From: an uncultured Actinomycetes bacterium
GTDB lineage: Bacteria; Actinomycetota; UBA4738; HRBIN12
Reading direction: 5' to 3'
Length of the DNA: 64,000 bases
Assembly: GCA_963828885.1 (NCBI GenBank)
Contig: CAWHGC010000002.1
Location: 83,474 to 147,473, forward strand
Within the stretch, counting starts at the first letter, position 1, and every line of letters begins with the position of its first letter. The notes below the pieces were generated by a model. The model did not search any database and was not told the origin of the DNA. It saw only the letters and a program-made list of their open reading frames with translations. Shown here piece by piece: positions 19,756 to 30,039 of the stretch. The position numbers and the translations under genes are program-made.

Positions 19756-20949
19756 GTGCCCGACGACATCCCGCTCGCCAAGCCCGACCTCGGTCTCGCC
19801 GAGGAGACGGAGGTCCTCGAGGTCCTGCGATCGGGGCGGCTGGCGCTCGGGCCGAAGACCCTCGAGTTCGAGCGCCTGGTCGCCGGCTTCACGGGCGTCC
19901 CGTGGGCGGCGGCCGTGTCCAGCGGCACCGCCGGACTGCATCTCGCGTTCCGGGCCCTCGGCGTCGGCCCCGACGACTGCGTCGTCACGACCTCGTTCAC
20001 GTTCGTGGCATCCGCGAACGCGATCACGTACGAGGGCGCCGAGCCGGTGCTCCTGGACATCGAGCCGGAGACGATGACGCTCTCGCTCGACGCGCTACGC
20101 ACGTACCTCGAGTCCTGCAAGGAGGGCGACGACGGCGCGCTCCGCGACCCGGTCACGCACCGGCGCGTCGCGGCCGTGGAGCCGGTCGACGTCTTCGGCC
20201 ATCCGGTCCAGCTCGAGCGCGTCCGCGAGATCACCTCGCCGTGGCGCATCCCGGTCGTCGCCGACACGTGTGAGGCGCTCGGCTCCCGCTGGCGGAGCGA
20301 CGACGGCACGTGGGTGCACGCGGGTGCCGGCGCCGAGGCGTCGGTGTTCGCCTTCTACGCGAACAAGCAGATCACGACCGGCGAGGGCGGCATGGTGACC
20401 GGCGCCGACCCCGACCTCGACGAGCGCATCCGGAGCCTGCGCAACCAGGGCCGGCGCCCGGGCGACCCGTGGCTGCACCACACGCGTATCGGATTCAACT
20501 ACCGGCTGTCCGAGCTGCAGGCCGCCCTCGGCGTCGCGCAGATGCGGCGGGTCGACGAGCTCCTCGGCCGCCGGGCGGCGCTGGCCGCCCGCTACACCGA
20601 GGCGCTCGCGGAGGTGGACGAGCTCGCGCCGCCGCGCGCGGCCGAGTGGGCCCGTCCGGCGTGGTTCGTCATGGCGTTGCGCTGCGCGCCGGGCGTCGAT
20701 CGCGATCGCCTGCTCGACCACCTGAACCGCAGCGGGGTGGAGTCCAAGGCGTACTTCGAGCCGCCGGTGCACCGCCAGCCGCCGTACGCGGGTCGGGACG
20801 ACCTCGTGCCGGCGCCGCTCGTCGTGACCGAAGAGGCGGCGGCGAGCATGCTGATCGTGCCCTTCTTCGCCGCCATGCCGCTCGAGGACGTGGACCGCGT
20901 CGTCGCGGCGCTGAAGCAGGGGCTGGCCGAGCCGGGGATGGCCTCGTGA
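19756..20949 (+). CDS. DegT/DnrJ/EryC1/StrS family sugar aminotransferase
   Basis: VSSGTAGLHL, SFTFVASAN, DTCEALG, FAFYANKQITTGEGG (PLP lysine), GFNYRLSELQAALG. Confidence 0.93.
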   Translation: MPDDIPLAKPDLGLAEETEVLEVLRSGRLALGPKTLEFERLVAGFTGVPWAAAVSSGTAGLHLAFRALGVGPDDCVVTTSFTFVASANAITYEGAEPVLLDIEPETMTLSLDALRTYLESCKEGDDGALRDPVTHRRVAAVEPVDVFGHPVQLERVREITSPWRIPVVADTCEALGSRWRSDDGTWVHAGAGAEASVFAFYANKQITTGEGGMVTGADPDLDERIRSLRNQGRRPGDPWLHHTRIGFNYRLSELQAALGVAQMRRVDELLGRRAALAARYTEALAEVDELAPPRAAEWARPAWFVMALRCAPGVDRDRLLDHLNRSGVESKAYFEPPVHRQPPYAGRDDLVPAPLVVTEEAAASMLIVPFFAAMPLEDVDRVVAALKQGLAEPGMAS

Positions 20950-22910
20950 GGGCCACGATGCGGCGGTGGCTCGAGCCGACCGGGCTGAAGCGGATCCTGT
21001 TCTTCGTGGCGGCAGACCTCGTCGTGGTGACGGTCGCCATGCTGCTCGCGTTCGAGCTCCGGTTCGACGGGCGGATCCCGCAGCGCTACTGGCACTCGCT
21101 GCCGGTCTACATCCTGCTCGCGATCGGGCCCATCGTCTTCTCCAACTCGATGTTCCGGCTCTACAACATCACGTGGCGATTCGTCGGCGCGCGCGACGTG
21201 GTGAACGTGTGCGCGGCCACCTTCGTCGGCACGGCCGTCTGGGGGCTCGCCACCTTCCTGCTCCAGCCCACGATGGAGGGGACGAACGCGGCGTACGCGC
21301 CGCTGCCGCGATCGATCCTGGGGCTGTTCTTCGTGCTGACGCTCGTGGGCGTGGGCGGCGTGCGGATGATGAAGCGGCTGCTGCAGGTCTCCACGTCTCG
21401 AGGCCGCACGGACGAGAAGCGCCTGCTGGTCGTCGGCGGCGCCCGCACCGGCGAGCGCCTGATCTACGAGATGTTGAACGACCGCGTGCAGGGTTACCGC
21501 GTCGTCGGCGTCATCGACGACGATCCGAACAAGGCCGGCACGTACCTGCACGGCGTCCGCGTGCTGGGCAGTCGCGAGATCCTCGCCCGCACGATCCGCG
21601 ACGAGCGCATCGACGAGGTCCTCGTCGCCATGCCCGGCGCTGCCGGCGCCGTCGTCCGGCAGGTGGTGGTGGCCGCCCGCACGGCGGGCGCGCCGGTGAT
21701 CCGGATCCTGCCGTCCATGACCGACGTGTTGCAGGGCCGCATCGGCCTGTCGAACGTCCGCGAGGTCCAGGTCGAGGACCTGCTGAACCGCGCGCCGGTG
21801 AAGCTCGACATGGGGCCGGTCACCGACTTCCTGTTCGGCCGCACGGTGCTGGTGACCGGCGCCGCGGGTTCGATCGGGTCCGAGCTCGCGCGGCAGATCG
21901 CCACGTTCTCGCCCGGACGCATGGTGGTGCTGGACCAGAACGAGTCGAACCTGTTCGCGCTGGAGCTGGAGCTGCGCCGGCAGGCGCCCGGGCTGCGCGT
22001 GTTCGCCGAGATCGCCGACGTCCGCGACCGGGAGCGGATGCGGCAGGTCTTCGCGACCTACCGTCCGCAGTCCGTCTTCCACGCGGCCGCCTACAAGCAC
22101 GTGCCCATGATGGAGGCGCATCCGCAGGAGGCCGTGCTGACCAACGTGCTCGGCACGAAGATCATGGCCGAGGTCGCATCGGAGGCCGGCGCCGAGTCGT
22201 TCGTGCTCATCAGCACCGACAAGGCGGTGAACCCCACCAGCGTGATGGGCGCCACGAAGCGCGCGGCCGAGATGGTGGTGCGCCGCCTGAACGAGACCAG
22301 CGCCACCAGGTTCGTGGCCGTCCGGTTCGGCAACGTGCTGGGCTCGCGGGGGTCGGTCGTGCCGATCCTCGAGGACCAGATCCGCCGAGGCGGGCCCATC
22401 ACGGTCACGCACCCCGACATGGAGCGGTACTTCATGACCGTGCCGGAGAGCGTGCGGCTGATCCTGAAGGCCGCGTCGTTCGGTACCGGGGGCGAGGTGT
22501 TCGTGCTCGACATGGGCGATCCGGTGCGGATCGTCGATCTCGCGGAGGCGCTGATCCGCCTATCGGGGTTCGAGCCCGACGTGGACGTGCCGATCCAATT
22601 CACGGGGATCCGGCCGGGGGAGAAGCTCCGCGAGGAGATCCTGCTGGCCGAGGAGGGCATCGACGCCACGAAGGTCGAGCAGATCCACCGCGCGCGGCTG
22701 GGCACCGAGCCCGACCCCTCCGCGCTGGAGCACGCCGTCGTGCACCTGAACGAGGCGGCGCTGCAAGGGGACCCCGCGCGGATCCGCGCGCTGCTGCAGG
22801 ACCTGGTCGTGACGTACCACCCGGGACCGACCGGCGAGAGCGACGAGATGTTCGCCGAGTTCCTCGAGGTCGCGCCGGCCGACGTCGTACACCCGGAGAC
22901 GCGCCGGTAG
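20946..22910 (+). CDS. Membrane-bound UDP-GlcNAc 4,6-dehydratase (PglF/CapD/WbpM family)
   Basis: N-terminal TM helices, VTGAAGSIGSEL, FHAAAYKHVP, STDKAVNPTSVMGATK, VRFGNVLGSRGSV, GIRPGEKL. Confidence 0.93.
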   Translation: MRATMRRWLEPTGLKRILFFVAADLVVVTVAMLLAFELRFDGRIPQRYWHSLPVYILLAIGPIVFSNSMFRLYNITWRFVGARDVVNVCAATFVGTAVWGLATFLLQPTMEGTNAAYAPLPRSILGLFFVLTLVGVGGVRMMKRLLQVSTSRGRTDEKRLLVVGGARTGERLIYEMLNDRVQGYRVVGVIDDDPNKAGTYLHGVRVLGSREILARTIRDERIDEVLVAMPGAAGAVVRQVVVAARTAGAPVIRILPSMTDVLQGRIGLSNVREVQVEDLLNRAPVKLDMGPVTDFLFGRTVLVTGAAGSIGSELARQIATFSPGRMVVLDQNESNLFALELELRRQAPGLRVFAEIADVRDRERMRQVFATYRPQSVFHAAAYKHVPMMEAHPQEAVLTNVLGTKIMAEVASEAGAESFVLISTDKAVNPTSVMGATKRAAEMVVRRLNETSATRFVAVRFGNVLGSRGSVVPILEDQIRRGGPITVTHPDMERYFMTVPESVRLILKAASFGTGGEVFVLDMGDPVRIVDLAEALIRLSGFEPDVDVPIQFTGIRPGEKLREEILLAEEGIDATKVEQIHRARLGTEPDPSALEHAVVHLNEAALQGDPARIRALLQDLVVTYHPGPTGESDEMFAEFLEVAPADVVHPETRR

Positions 22911-23942
22911 ATGGGGCGCACCTCGAACTACGGTCCGACCGAGCCGGGCCGCCGGCAGATCATGGGTCGCACCGGGCTGCACGCCGGCGACCGGTGCCTC
23001 GTGACGGGCGGGGCCGGCTTCATCGGTTCGAACCTCGTGCACGCGCTGCTGCGCCAGGGCATGCGCGTGCGGGTCTTCGACGATCTGTCGACCGGGCGTC
23101 TCGTGAACCTCGAGGACCTGCTCGGCGACCTCGAGGTCGTGGAGGGCGACGTCCGCGACGCCGAGGCCGTGCACGCGGCCACGCAGGGCTGCGCGGTCGT
23201 CTTCCATCAGGCCGCGATCCCGAGCGTGGCGCGAAGCGTCGCCGACCCGGTCGCGACGAACGAGGCGAACGTGACCGGCACGCTCAACGTCCTGCTGGCC
23301 GCCCGCGACGCCGGCGTGCAACGGGTGGTGTTCGCGTCCTCCTCGAGCGTGTACGGCAACGCTCCGGAGATGCCGGTGCACGAGGACCTGCCGTGCCGCC
23401 CGATCAGCCCGTACGGTGTGTCGAAGCTGGCGGGGGAGCGCTACCTCCAGGCGTTCTGGGAGAGCTACGAGCTGCCGACGGTGGCGCTGCGCTACTTCAA
23501 CGTCTTCGGCCCGCGGCAGAACCCCCGCGCTGAGTACGCCGCCGTCGTGCCGAGGTTCGTGACGGCGGCACTGGAGGGCGCGCCGGCCACGATCTTCGGC
23601 GACGGCGAGCAGGCGCGCGACTTCACGTACGTGGGCGACGTCGTGCAGGCGAACCTCCTCGCCGCCGACTCCACGCCGGACGCGTGGGGCCGGGTCTTCA
23701 ACGTCGCGTGCGGCGACCGTCACACCGTGAACCAGCTGCTGGCGTCCGTGCAGCAGGCGGCCGGCGGCCCCGCCGTGCCGCCCGTGCACCTGCCCGCGCG
23801 CGCCGGCGACGTCCGGGAGAGCCACGCCGCGATCCACGCCGCCGAGCGCGTGCTGGGCTACTCGCCCGAGTACGGGTTCGCCGACGGCCTGCGCCGAACG
23901 GTGGCCTGGTACCGGGAGCAGTGGGAGCTCGGACTGCTGTAG
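22911..23942 (+). CDS. NAD-dependent epimerase/dehydratase (WbpP-like UDP-sugar 4-epimerase)
   Basis: VTGGAGFIGS, HQAAIPSV, ASSSSVYG, YGVSK, RYFNVFGPRQ. The start may be ATG 22962. Confidence 0.92.
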   Translation: MGRTSNYGPTEPGRRQIMGRTGLHAGDRCLVTGGAGFIGSNLVHALLRQGMRVRVFDDLSTGRLVNLEDLLGDLEVVEGDVRDAEAVHAATQGCAVVFHQAAIPSVARSVADPVATNEANVTGTLNVLLAARDAGVQRVVFASSSSVYGNAPEMPVHEDLPCRPISPYGVSKLAGERYLQAFWESYELPTVALRYFNVFGPRQNPRAEYAAVVPRFVTAALEGAPATIFGDGEQARDFTYVGDVVQANLLAADSTPDAWGRVFNVACGDRHTVNQLLASVQQAAGGPAVPPVHLPARAGDVRESHAAIHAAERVLGYSPEYGFADGLRRTVAWYREQWELGLL

Positions 23943-23963
23943 CGTCGAACGCGAGGTCCACCC

Positions 23964-24049
23964 GCCCGGGTGTCGGAACTGGCAGACGACGGCGCCTTAA
24001 AAGCGCCTGCTCCGCGAGGAGCGTGTGGGTTCGAATCCCACCCCGGGCA
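23964..24049 (+). tRNA. tRNA-Leu, anticodon TAA (reads UUA; bldA-type isoacceptor)
   Basis: Acceptor stem GCCCGGG/CCCGGGC, anticodon arm GGCGC-CTTAAAA-GCGCC, long variable arm GCTCC-GCGA-GGAGC, T arm GTGGG-TTCGAAT-CCCAC, discriminator A. CCA is not encoded. Confidence 0.95.
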
Positions 24050-24126
24050 CGAGACCATCGACGAGTCCAGGCTGGTCGGAGGTGTTCTCAGCGTTCGAAC
24101 CGCACGGGGAGCATCGGCAGGGGCGG

Positions 24127-24783
24127 ATGATGATCGAACCGGTAGGGGCTACCAGGCGGGCGGAGCGACGGTGGCCGATGGCGCTCGCCGTGCTCTCGGC
24201 GGCGGGGCTCACCGTAGGCACGCCACACGCCGGACGTCTTCCGGGATGGTGGATCGTCCCAGTCTTGGAGGTCGTGCTGCTCGTGATCCTCATCGTCGTC
24301 GATCCGGGCAGGATCGACGATCTCAGCGGTCGAGCGCGACGCATCACGCTCGCGCTGATCACGATCATGACGGCGGGCACGTTGGCGAGCCTGAGTTTGC
24401 TGATGTACGACATCTTCGACAGCAGGCATCTCAGCCCCAACAATCTGCTCGGCCGCGGTGGGGCCATCTGGCTGACCAACGTGATCGCGTTCAGCCTCTG
24501 GTTCTGGGAGCTCGACCGCGGGGGCCCGGCCCGACGAGCCGCAGGTTCCGCGATCCCGCCCAGCTTCGCCTTCCCGGAGAACGCGATGCCGGAGTTCGCG
24601 ACGGACGGCTGGACGCCCAGGTATCCGGACTACCTCTACCTGTCGTTCACGAACGCGACGGCGTTCAGCCCCACAGATACGCTGCCCGTGAAGACGTGGG
24701 CCAAGATGGCCATGATGCTCGAGTCGGTCGTGTCGCTGCTCACGGCCATCCTCGTGATCGCACGTGCGATCAACGCCTTCTGA
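24127..24783 (+). CDS. DUF1345-like membrane protein
   Basis: IWLTNVIAFSLWFWELDRGG, FAFP, DYLYLSFTNATAFSPTDT. Confidence 0.8.
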   Translation: MMIEPVGATRRAERRWPMALAVLSAAGLTVGTPHAGRLPGWWIVPVLEVVLLVILIVVDPGRIDDLSGRARRITLALITIMTAGTLASLSLLMYDIFDSRHLSPNNLLGRGGAIWLTNVIAFSLWFWELDRGGPARRAAGSAIPPSFAFPENAMPEFATDGWTPRYPDYLYLSFTNATAFSPTDTLPVKTWAKMAMMLESVVSLLTAILVIARAINAF

Positions 24784-24805
24784 CCCGGGGCGTATCCGTA
24801 ACGCG

Positions 24806-25300
24806 CTACGAGGCGAGCTCGGGGCAGACATCGACCAGCCTGCCCGAGAGCTGCGCCGAGACCACATTGCCCTCCGAGTCGAGCGTCGCCTTTCCCTGAC
24901 CGCTCAGGTACCAGATCCCCGGCTCACCGGTGAGCGGGTTGGGGAAGAACGGCCCGTGACCCATCGCCCGGGCGGAGAGCGAGCCGTCGGGCTCTGCCCG
25001 CAACTGGGACGAACCGGTCCCCATGATGGTGATCGACGCACGCGACCCCGCGTTGGTCAAGGTGATCTTGTTGCCGGGGAAGACCCCGATCTGCTTGACG
25101 GGGTTGCCGGCCGCGTCGACGAACGTGGTGATGATCTCTGGGCCGTCGATGTGAGCAAGGACCGGGAACGCGCACTGGTGGGTGATGACGACGTCATCCT
25201 GACTCGGATGGAACTCCCGGATCGGCTTGGTGGCCCATGCCGGGGACGTGATCGAGAGTGCGAAGAACACGGTCAACACGAACAGAAGCGTTCGCCGCAT
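24806..25300 (-). CDS. Secreted hypothetical protein
   Basis: Sec signal MRRTLLFVLTVFFALSITSPAWA, purine-rich RBS (GAAGGGAG), two Cys. Confidence 0.7.
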   Translation of the reverse strand: MRRTLLFVLTVFFALSITSPAWATKPIREFHPSQDDVVITHQCAFPVLAHIDGPEIITTFVDAAGNPVKQIGVFPGNKITLTNAGSRASITIMGTGSSQLRAEPDGSLSARAMGHGPFFPNPLTGEPGIWYLSGQGKATLDSEGNVVSAQLSGRLVDVCPELAS

Positions 25301-25391
25301 GGCTACTCCCTTCCGAGGGGGGCACGGGCAAGATGCTAGTCCGCGACCTCGCTCGGGGGAACCCGGTGACTTGGCCCCTATCGGCCGTTCG

Positions 25392-26892
25392 CTACGACTC
25401 CGCGACCTGCGGGATCGGGATCGTGTGGACACTGATCGCGGCGGCCGCGGCGCGATCGACGGCTCGAGGGCGCGTCGCGTGGTACCGCCCGAGAAGGATC
25501 GCGATCAGCAGCCCGGCTCCGCAGGTGAGGGCGAGGGCCAAGGACGAGCGCGACAGACCGGACGCCAGCGCCTCTCCCGCCGACGCACCTGCTGTCAGGT
25601 GCTTCTCTGTGGTCGTGCTGTAGATCGTCGCGACCATGGCCACCGCGAGGGAGCCACCGACGTAGCGAGCCATGTTCGAGATGCCCGATGCCTCTCCGAC
25701 CTGGTTCGCCGGCACGGAGGAAGTCGACGCGGACGACGCCGGGCCGTTCGACAGCCCGAGTCCGGCCGAGATCGCGACCAGCGGAAGTACGAAGGCCGCG
25801 TACGCCCACGAGACGCCGACGAACGCGAGGGCCGCGAACCCCGCTGCCGCGACGCCGAAGCCGAGGAGGACCGCGGCGCGAGAGCCGATCTTGACCGCCA
25901 GCGGCGTGATGAACGGAGTGATGGCGATCATCACGGCCGCCGCCGGAAGGGTGGCGAGCCCCGCCTCGAGCGGCGTCATAGCGAACGCGGCCGGGTCTTG
26001 GAAGTAGAGACTCAGCATGTACATCAGCCCGTTGATCGTGCCCGCGACGATGAGGATGGCGATCGTCGATCCGATGAGGACCCGGTTCCGCAGGAGCTTG
26101 AGATCGACGAGCGGCGCGTCGACCCGACCCTCGACCATCACGAATCCGACCGCCCCGAGGACCGAGACCACGAAGCAGCCGAGCGTTGCGAGCGAGGTCC
26201 AGCCCCATTCGCTCCCCTCGCTGAGCGCCAACACGAGTGGGACGAGGATCACGGCGATCAACGCCGTGCCCGCGTAGTCGATCGACTGCGACCGGTTCGG
26301 GTCCCGCGATTCCTGTGACGGTACGGATGGTCACCGGGATGCAGGCCGCGGCGATGACCGCGTCGATCCAGAACAGCCCCTGCCAACCGGTGGTGCCCAC
26401 GAGCACCCCACCGACGAGCGGGCCCGCGGCAGCGCCCGCCGCCGAGGCCGCGCCCCAGAGGGTGATCGCGCGCATCTGCCCGGTACCGGACGCGGCCACC
26501 GACAGGAGACTCATCCCGCAGGCGAGGATGGTCGAGCCCGCAGCGCCTTGGATCATCCGCCCGGCGACCACGCCCGTACCGGATCCCGACAGCGCGATCA
26601 GGGCGCACGAAACAACGAAGAGCACGAGGCCCGCGATGAAGACACGTCGACGGCCGAGCACGTCGCCCAGCGCTCCGGAGGTCACGATCGTCGCAGCGCC
26701 GACGAGCATGTAGCCCGTCACCGCCCATTGGAGCTGGCTGATGGGGGCGCCGAGGTCCTTGCTGATCGATGGAAGCAGGATCGTGACCGCGGACGTGTTG
26801 GCATTGACGACGAATGCGGAGACGCAGGCCGCGACCAGGATGCCCATGCCGGCCGTTCGGTCCGCGGTCGTCGGGGTGTCGGGCCCGTTCAC
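25392..26892 (-). CDS. MFS transporter (DHA2-like), frameshift near 26310
   Basis: QWAVTGYML, GALGDVLGRRRVF (motif A), GPLVGG, PLVDLKLLRNR, ASGISNMARYVGG. Confidence 0.85.
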
Positions 26893-27029
26893 AGCGCGCC
26901 ATCCTATCGCCTTCTGCCGCTGCGACGGTCCTGAGATCGCTGGGGGAGGAGCAGAACTCGACAACTTCCGCCCGGACATGTCAGGATTCGGCCGCCGGCT
27001 GATCATGGCCCCAACCCACTGGCCCAGCT

Positions 27030-28199
27030 GTGCCGCAGATGAAGTCGGCCCGAGCAGGTGTCGGAGGGGGACCGTTGAACGTCGCAGATGCCGTCGACCG
27101 CGATCGGCTCGTGGACACATTCCTCGAGCTCGTTGCGATCGATAGCCCGACGGGCCAGGAAGAGGCCATCGGCCGGGAGCTGGAGATGCGCTTCGGAGCG
27201 CTCGGCTGCCAGGTTCGCATGGACGAGATCGGCAACCTCGTCGCCGTGCTGCCGGGCACGGGCGACGGAGCGGTGCTGATCGCGACGCACATGGATACCG
27301 CCGGAACCGATCGGGGGATCGAGCCCATCATCGGGGAGGACGGCGTGATCCGGACCGACGGCTCGACGATCCTCGGCGCCGACGACAAGTCGGGCATCGC
27401 AGGGTGTCTCGAGCTCCTGACGATCCTGAGAGAGCATCCCGATGTACCGCATCCCTCCATCGAGTTCGTGATCACGGTGGGCGAGGAGCGGGGGCTGGTC
27501 GGCTCCCGCCACATGGACATCGGCCAGCTCACGGCGACCCACGGGTTCGTGCTGGACACCGCTGGTGCGATCACGGCGATCACGTACTGGGCGCCGACGT
27601 CCGTGTATCTCACCGTCACCGTGCACGGCAAGAAGGTGCATGCGGGCGTGGAGCCCGAGAAGGGGATCAACGCGGTGAAGGTCGCCGCCGAGGCGATCGC
27701 TGCCATGCCGCTCGGCCGCATCGACGACGAGACCGTCGCCAACATCGGCACGATCGCCGGCGGGGAGGCTCGCAACATCGTGCCCGGGGAGGTCGTGCTC
27801 GAAGGCATGGCGCGGAGCCACGACCAGGACAAGCTCGACGCGCAGATCGACGCGATGCGTCGGGCGTTCGACGAGGCCGCTGCTCGTCACGGCGCCACCG
27901 TTGATTTCGAGGCCGAGGAGATCTACCGCACCTATAAGATCGCCGAGGACGCGCTGCCGTACCGGGAGGCCGCCCGCGCGATCAGGTCGCTGGGCCTGGA
28001 GGTCATCCCCCGGAAGAGCGGGGGTGGCACCGACGGCAACTTCTTCAATGCGAAGGGGATACCGTGCATCGCGATGTCGACCGGTATGGTGGACGAGCAT
28101 GCTGCGAGCGAGCACATAGCGGTCGAGGACATGATCACCGCCTGCAAGATCATCGTGACGATCGTCACGCAGGGTTCGGAGGGAGGCGACGACGCATGA
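27030..28199 (+). CDS. M20/M25/M40 metallopeptidase (peptidase T-like)
   Basis: IDSPTGQE, THMDT, LGADDKSG, GEERGL, GGTDGN, DEH. True start may be TTG near 27075. Confidence 0.88.
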   Translation: MPQMKSARAGVGGGPLNVADAVDRDRLVDTFLELVAIDSPTGQEEAIGRELEMRFGALGCQVRMDEIGNLVAVLPGTGDGAVLIATHMDTAGTDRGIEPIIGEDGVIRTDGSTILGADDKSGIAGCLELLTILREHPDVPHPSIEFVITVGEERGLVGSRHMDIGQLTATHGFVLDTAGAITAITYWAPTSVYLTVTVHGKKVHAGVEPEKGINAVKVAAEAIAAMPLGRIDDETVANIGTIAGGEARNIVPGEVVLEGMARSHDQDKLDAQIDAMRRAFDEAAARHGATVDFEAEEIYRTYKIAEDALPYREAARAIRSLGLEVIPRKSGGGTDGNFFNAKGIPCIAMSTGMVDEHAASEHIAVEDMITACKIIVTIVTQGSEGGDDA

Positions 28200-28612
28200 A
28201 CGGTGTCCTGCGACGCGGCGGTGCTGTCCTCCTGCTCCCCGGTCTGTTCGCGCTGGTCGCCTGTGGCCATGCAGAGGATCGGGCCCTCTGCCCCCAGTAC
28301 CAGGACTTCCAGGCCGCGGCCGCCCAGGTGCAGGAGCTCGATCCCCAGACGGCGACGATCGACGACGTCCGGGCAGTCAGCGACGAGGTCCTCGATCAGC
28401 TCGACCAGCTCCTGTGGGCGGCCGACGATCAGTACGACACCCTGATCTCGAACCTGCGCGCGTCGCTCCTCGTGCTCCGTGAGTCCGCGGTCGACCTCGA
28501 GACGAGCAACCTGGCCGTCGTGCGCCCACTGATGCAGGATGCCTGGGACGACGTGGTGACCAATTACCAACTGCTCACGCAGCGACTCGATGTCGTCTGC
28601 CCGACCGACTGA
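28196..28612 (+). CDS. Putative lipoprotein, helical
   Basis: ATG overlaps the upstream stop; lipobox ALVAC. Confidence 0.6.
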   Translation: MNGVLRRGGAVLLLPGLFALVACGHAEDRALCPQYQDFQAAAAQVQELDPQTATIDDVRAVSDEVLDQLDQLLWAADDQYDTLISNLRASLLVLRESAVDLETSNLAVVRPLMQDAWDDVVTNYQLLTQRLDVVCPTD

Positions 28613-28627
28613 CGAGGAGAAGAGAAG

Positions 28628-29971
28628 ATGGATGCCAAGTTCGTTCTCGAGGCCGTCGTCGTCCTCGCCGCGATCCTGATGGGCACCCGGGCGGGTGGGA
28701 TCGGGGTCGGCGTGTGGGGCGGCCTGGGAGTTACCGTGCTCGTGTTCATCTTCCATGAGAAGCCGGGAGAGCCGCCGATCTCCGCGATCTTCATCATCCT
28801 CGCGGTCGTGACGTCGGCGTCACTCATGCAGGCAGCCGGTGGCATCGACTGGATGGTGAAGGTCGCCGCCGGCATCATCTCGAAGCACCCGAAACAGATC
28901 AACCTCCTCGCCCCGCTCACCGCCTTCCTGTTCTCGGTCGGAGCGGGGACGAGCAACATCCTGTACCCGCTGTTGCCCGTCATCTACGACGTCTCGTACC
29001 GCAACAACGTCCGGCCGTCGAGGCCCCTGTCGCTCGCCGTGGCCCAGTCGGGGATGGCGCTCGCGTGCTCTCCCGTTTCGGCCGCCATGGCGGCGATGCT
29101 GACGCTGACCTCGGTGTCGCCGTACAACTTCGATCTCATCCAGATCCTCTCGATCACGATCCCGGCCTGCGTGGTGGGCATCGTGGTCACGTCGCTCATC
29201 GTGGGCCGCATGGGGACGGAGCTGGACGATGACCCCGAGGTGCAGGCGCTGGTCGCCGCGGGCACGCTGGAGGCCCCCGGCGGCGGCTCGGGCGCCACCT
29301 CCGTGGAGCTCACCTCCACGAAGGAGGGCCGCAACTCGGCTCTCGTCTTCCTGCTGGGCGTGGTGGTGATCGTGATCTTCGGATTGTTCCCCGACCTCCG
29401 GCCGCATTTCGGCAAGGAAGGGAAGATCCCGATCGACATGACGTTGACGATCACCCTCGTGATGTTCACCGTCGGGGTCCTGATCCTCCTCATCGGGAAG
29501 CCCGCGGTCGCGGACGTGCCCGGCTTGTCCGTGTTCAAGAGCGGGATGACGGCCGCGATCGCGTTGTTCGGCATCGCGTGGTTGACGGCCACATTCATCG
29601 CCGCCCACGAGGAGTACATCGTGACCACGATCGGCGGCTGGGTGACGAACTACAAATTCATCTTCGCCCTCGCCGTGTTCCTGGTTGCCGCGCTCACGAC
29701 GAGCCAGTCGACCGCGACGAACACGATCGTTCCGATCGGACTCGCCGTGGGCCTCAGCCCCGCCCTCGTCTCCGGGATGTGGGCCGGCGGGCTCGAGGGC
29801 GTCTACACGCTCCCGGCCAACGGGACGCAGATCGCGGCGGCGAACTTCGACCTGTCGGGTACGACGAAGCTCGGCACGAAGCTGCTCGACCACTCCTTCT
29901 TCGTCCCGATGCTGTCGATGGCGGTGATCTCCGTCGGCACCGGCGCGGCGATCGCCACCATCTTCTATTGA
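28628..29971 (+). CDS. Anaerobic C4-dicarboxylate transporter (DcuA/DcuB family)
   Basis: GTRAGGIGVG, MQAAGGIDWMV, LLPVIYDV..RPSRPL, SPVSAA, DLSGTTKLG..HSF. Confidence 0.88.
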   Translation: MDAKFVLEAVVVLAAILMGTRAGGIGVGVWGGLGVTVLVFIFHEKPGEPPISAIFIILAVVTSASLMQAAGGIDWMVKVAAGIISKHPKQINLLAPLTAFLFSVGAGTSNILYPLLPVIYDVSYRNNVRPSRPLSLAVAQSGMALACSPVSAAMAAMLTLTSVSPYNFDLIQILSITIPACVVGIVVTSLIVGRMGTELDDDPEVQALVAAGTLEAPGGGSGATSVELTSTKEGRNSALVFLLGVVVIVIFGLFPDLRPHFGKEGKIPIDMTLTITLVMFTVGVLILLIGKPAVADVPGLSVFKSGMTAAIALFGIAWLTATFIAAHEEYIVTTIGGWVTNYKFIFALAVFLVAALTTSQSTATNTIVPIGLAVGLSPALVSGMWAGGLEGVYTLPANGTQIAAANFDLSGTTKLGTKLLDHSFFVPMLSMAVISVGTGAAIATIFY

Positions 29972-30039
29972 GATAGACAGTCAGGCCTGAGAGCGATCGA
30001 GTGACGCGCGTCCCCGGGCGCGCTTGAAGGAGCCCGTGA

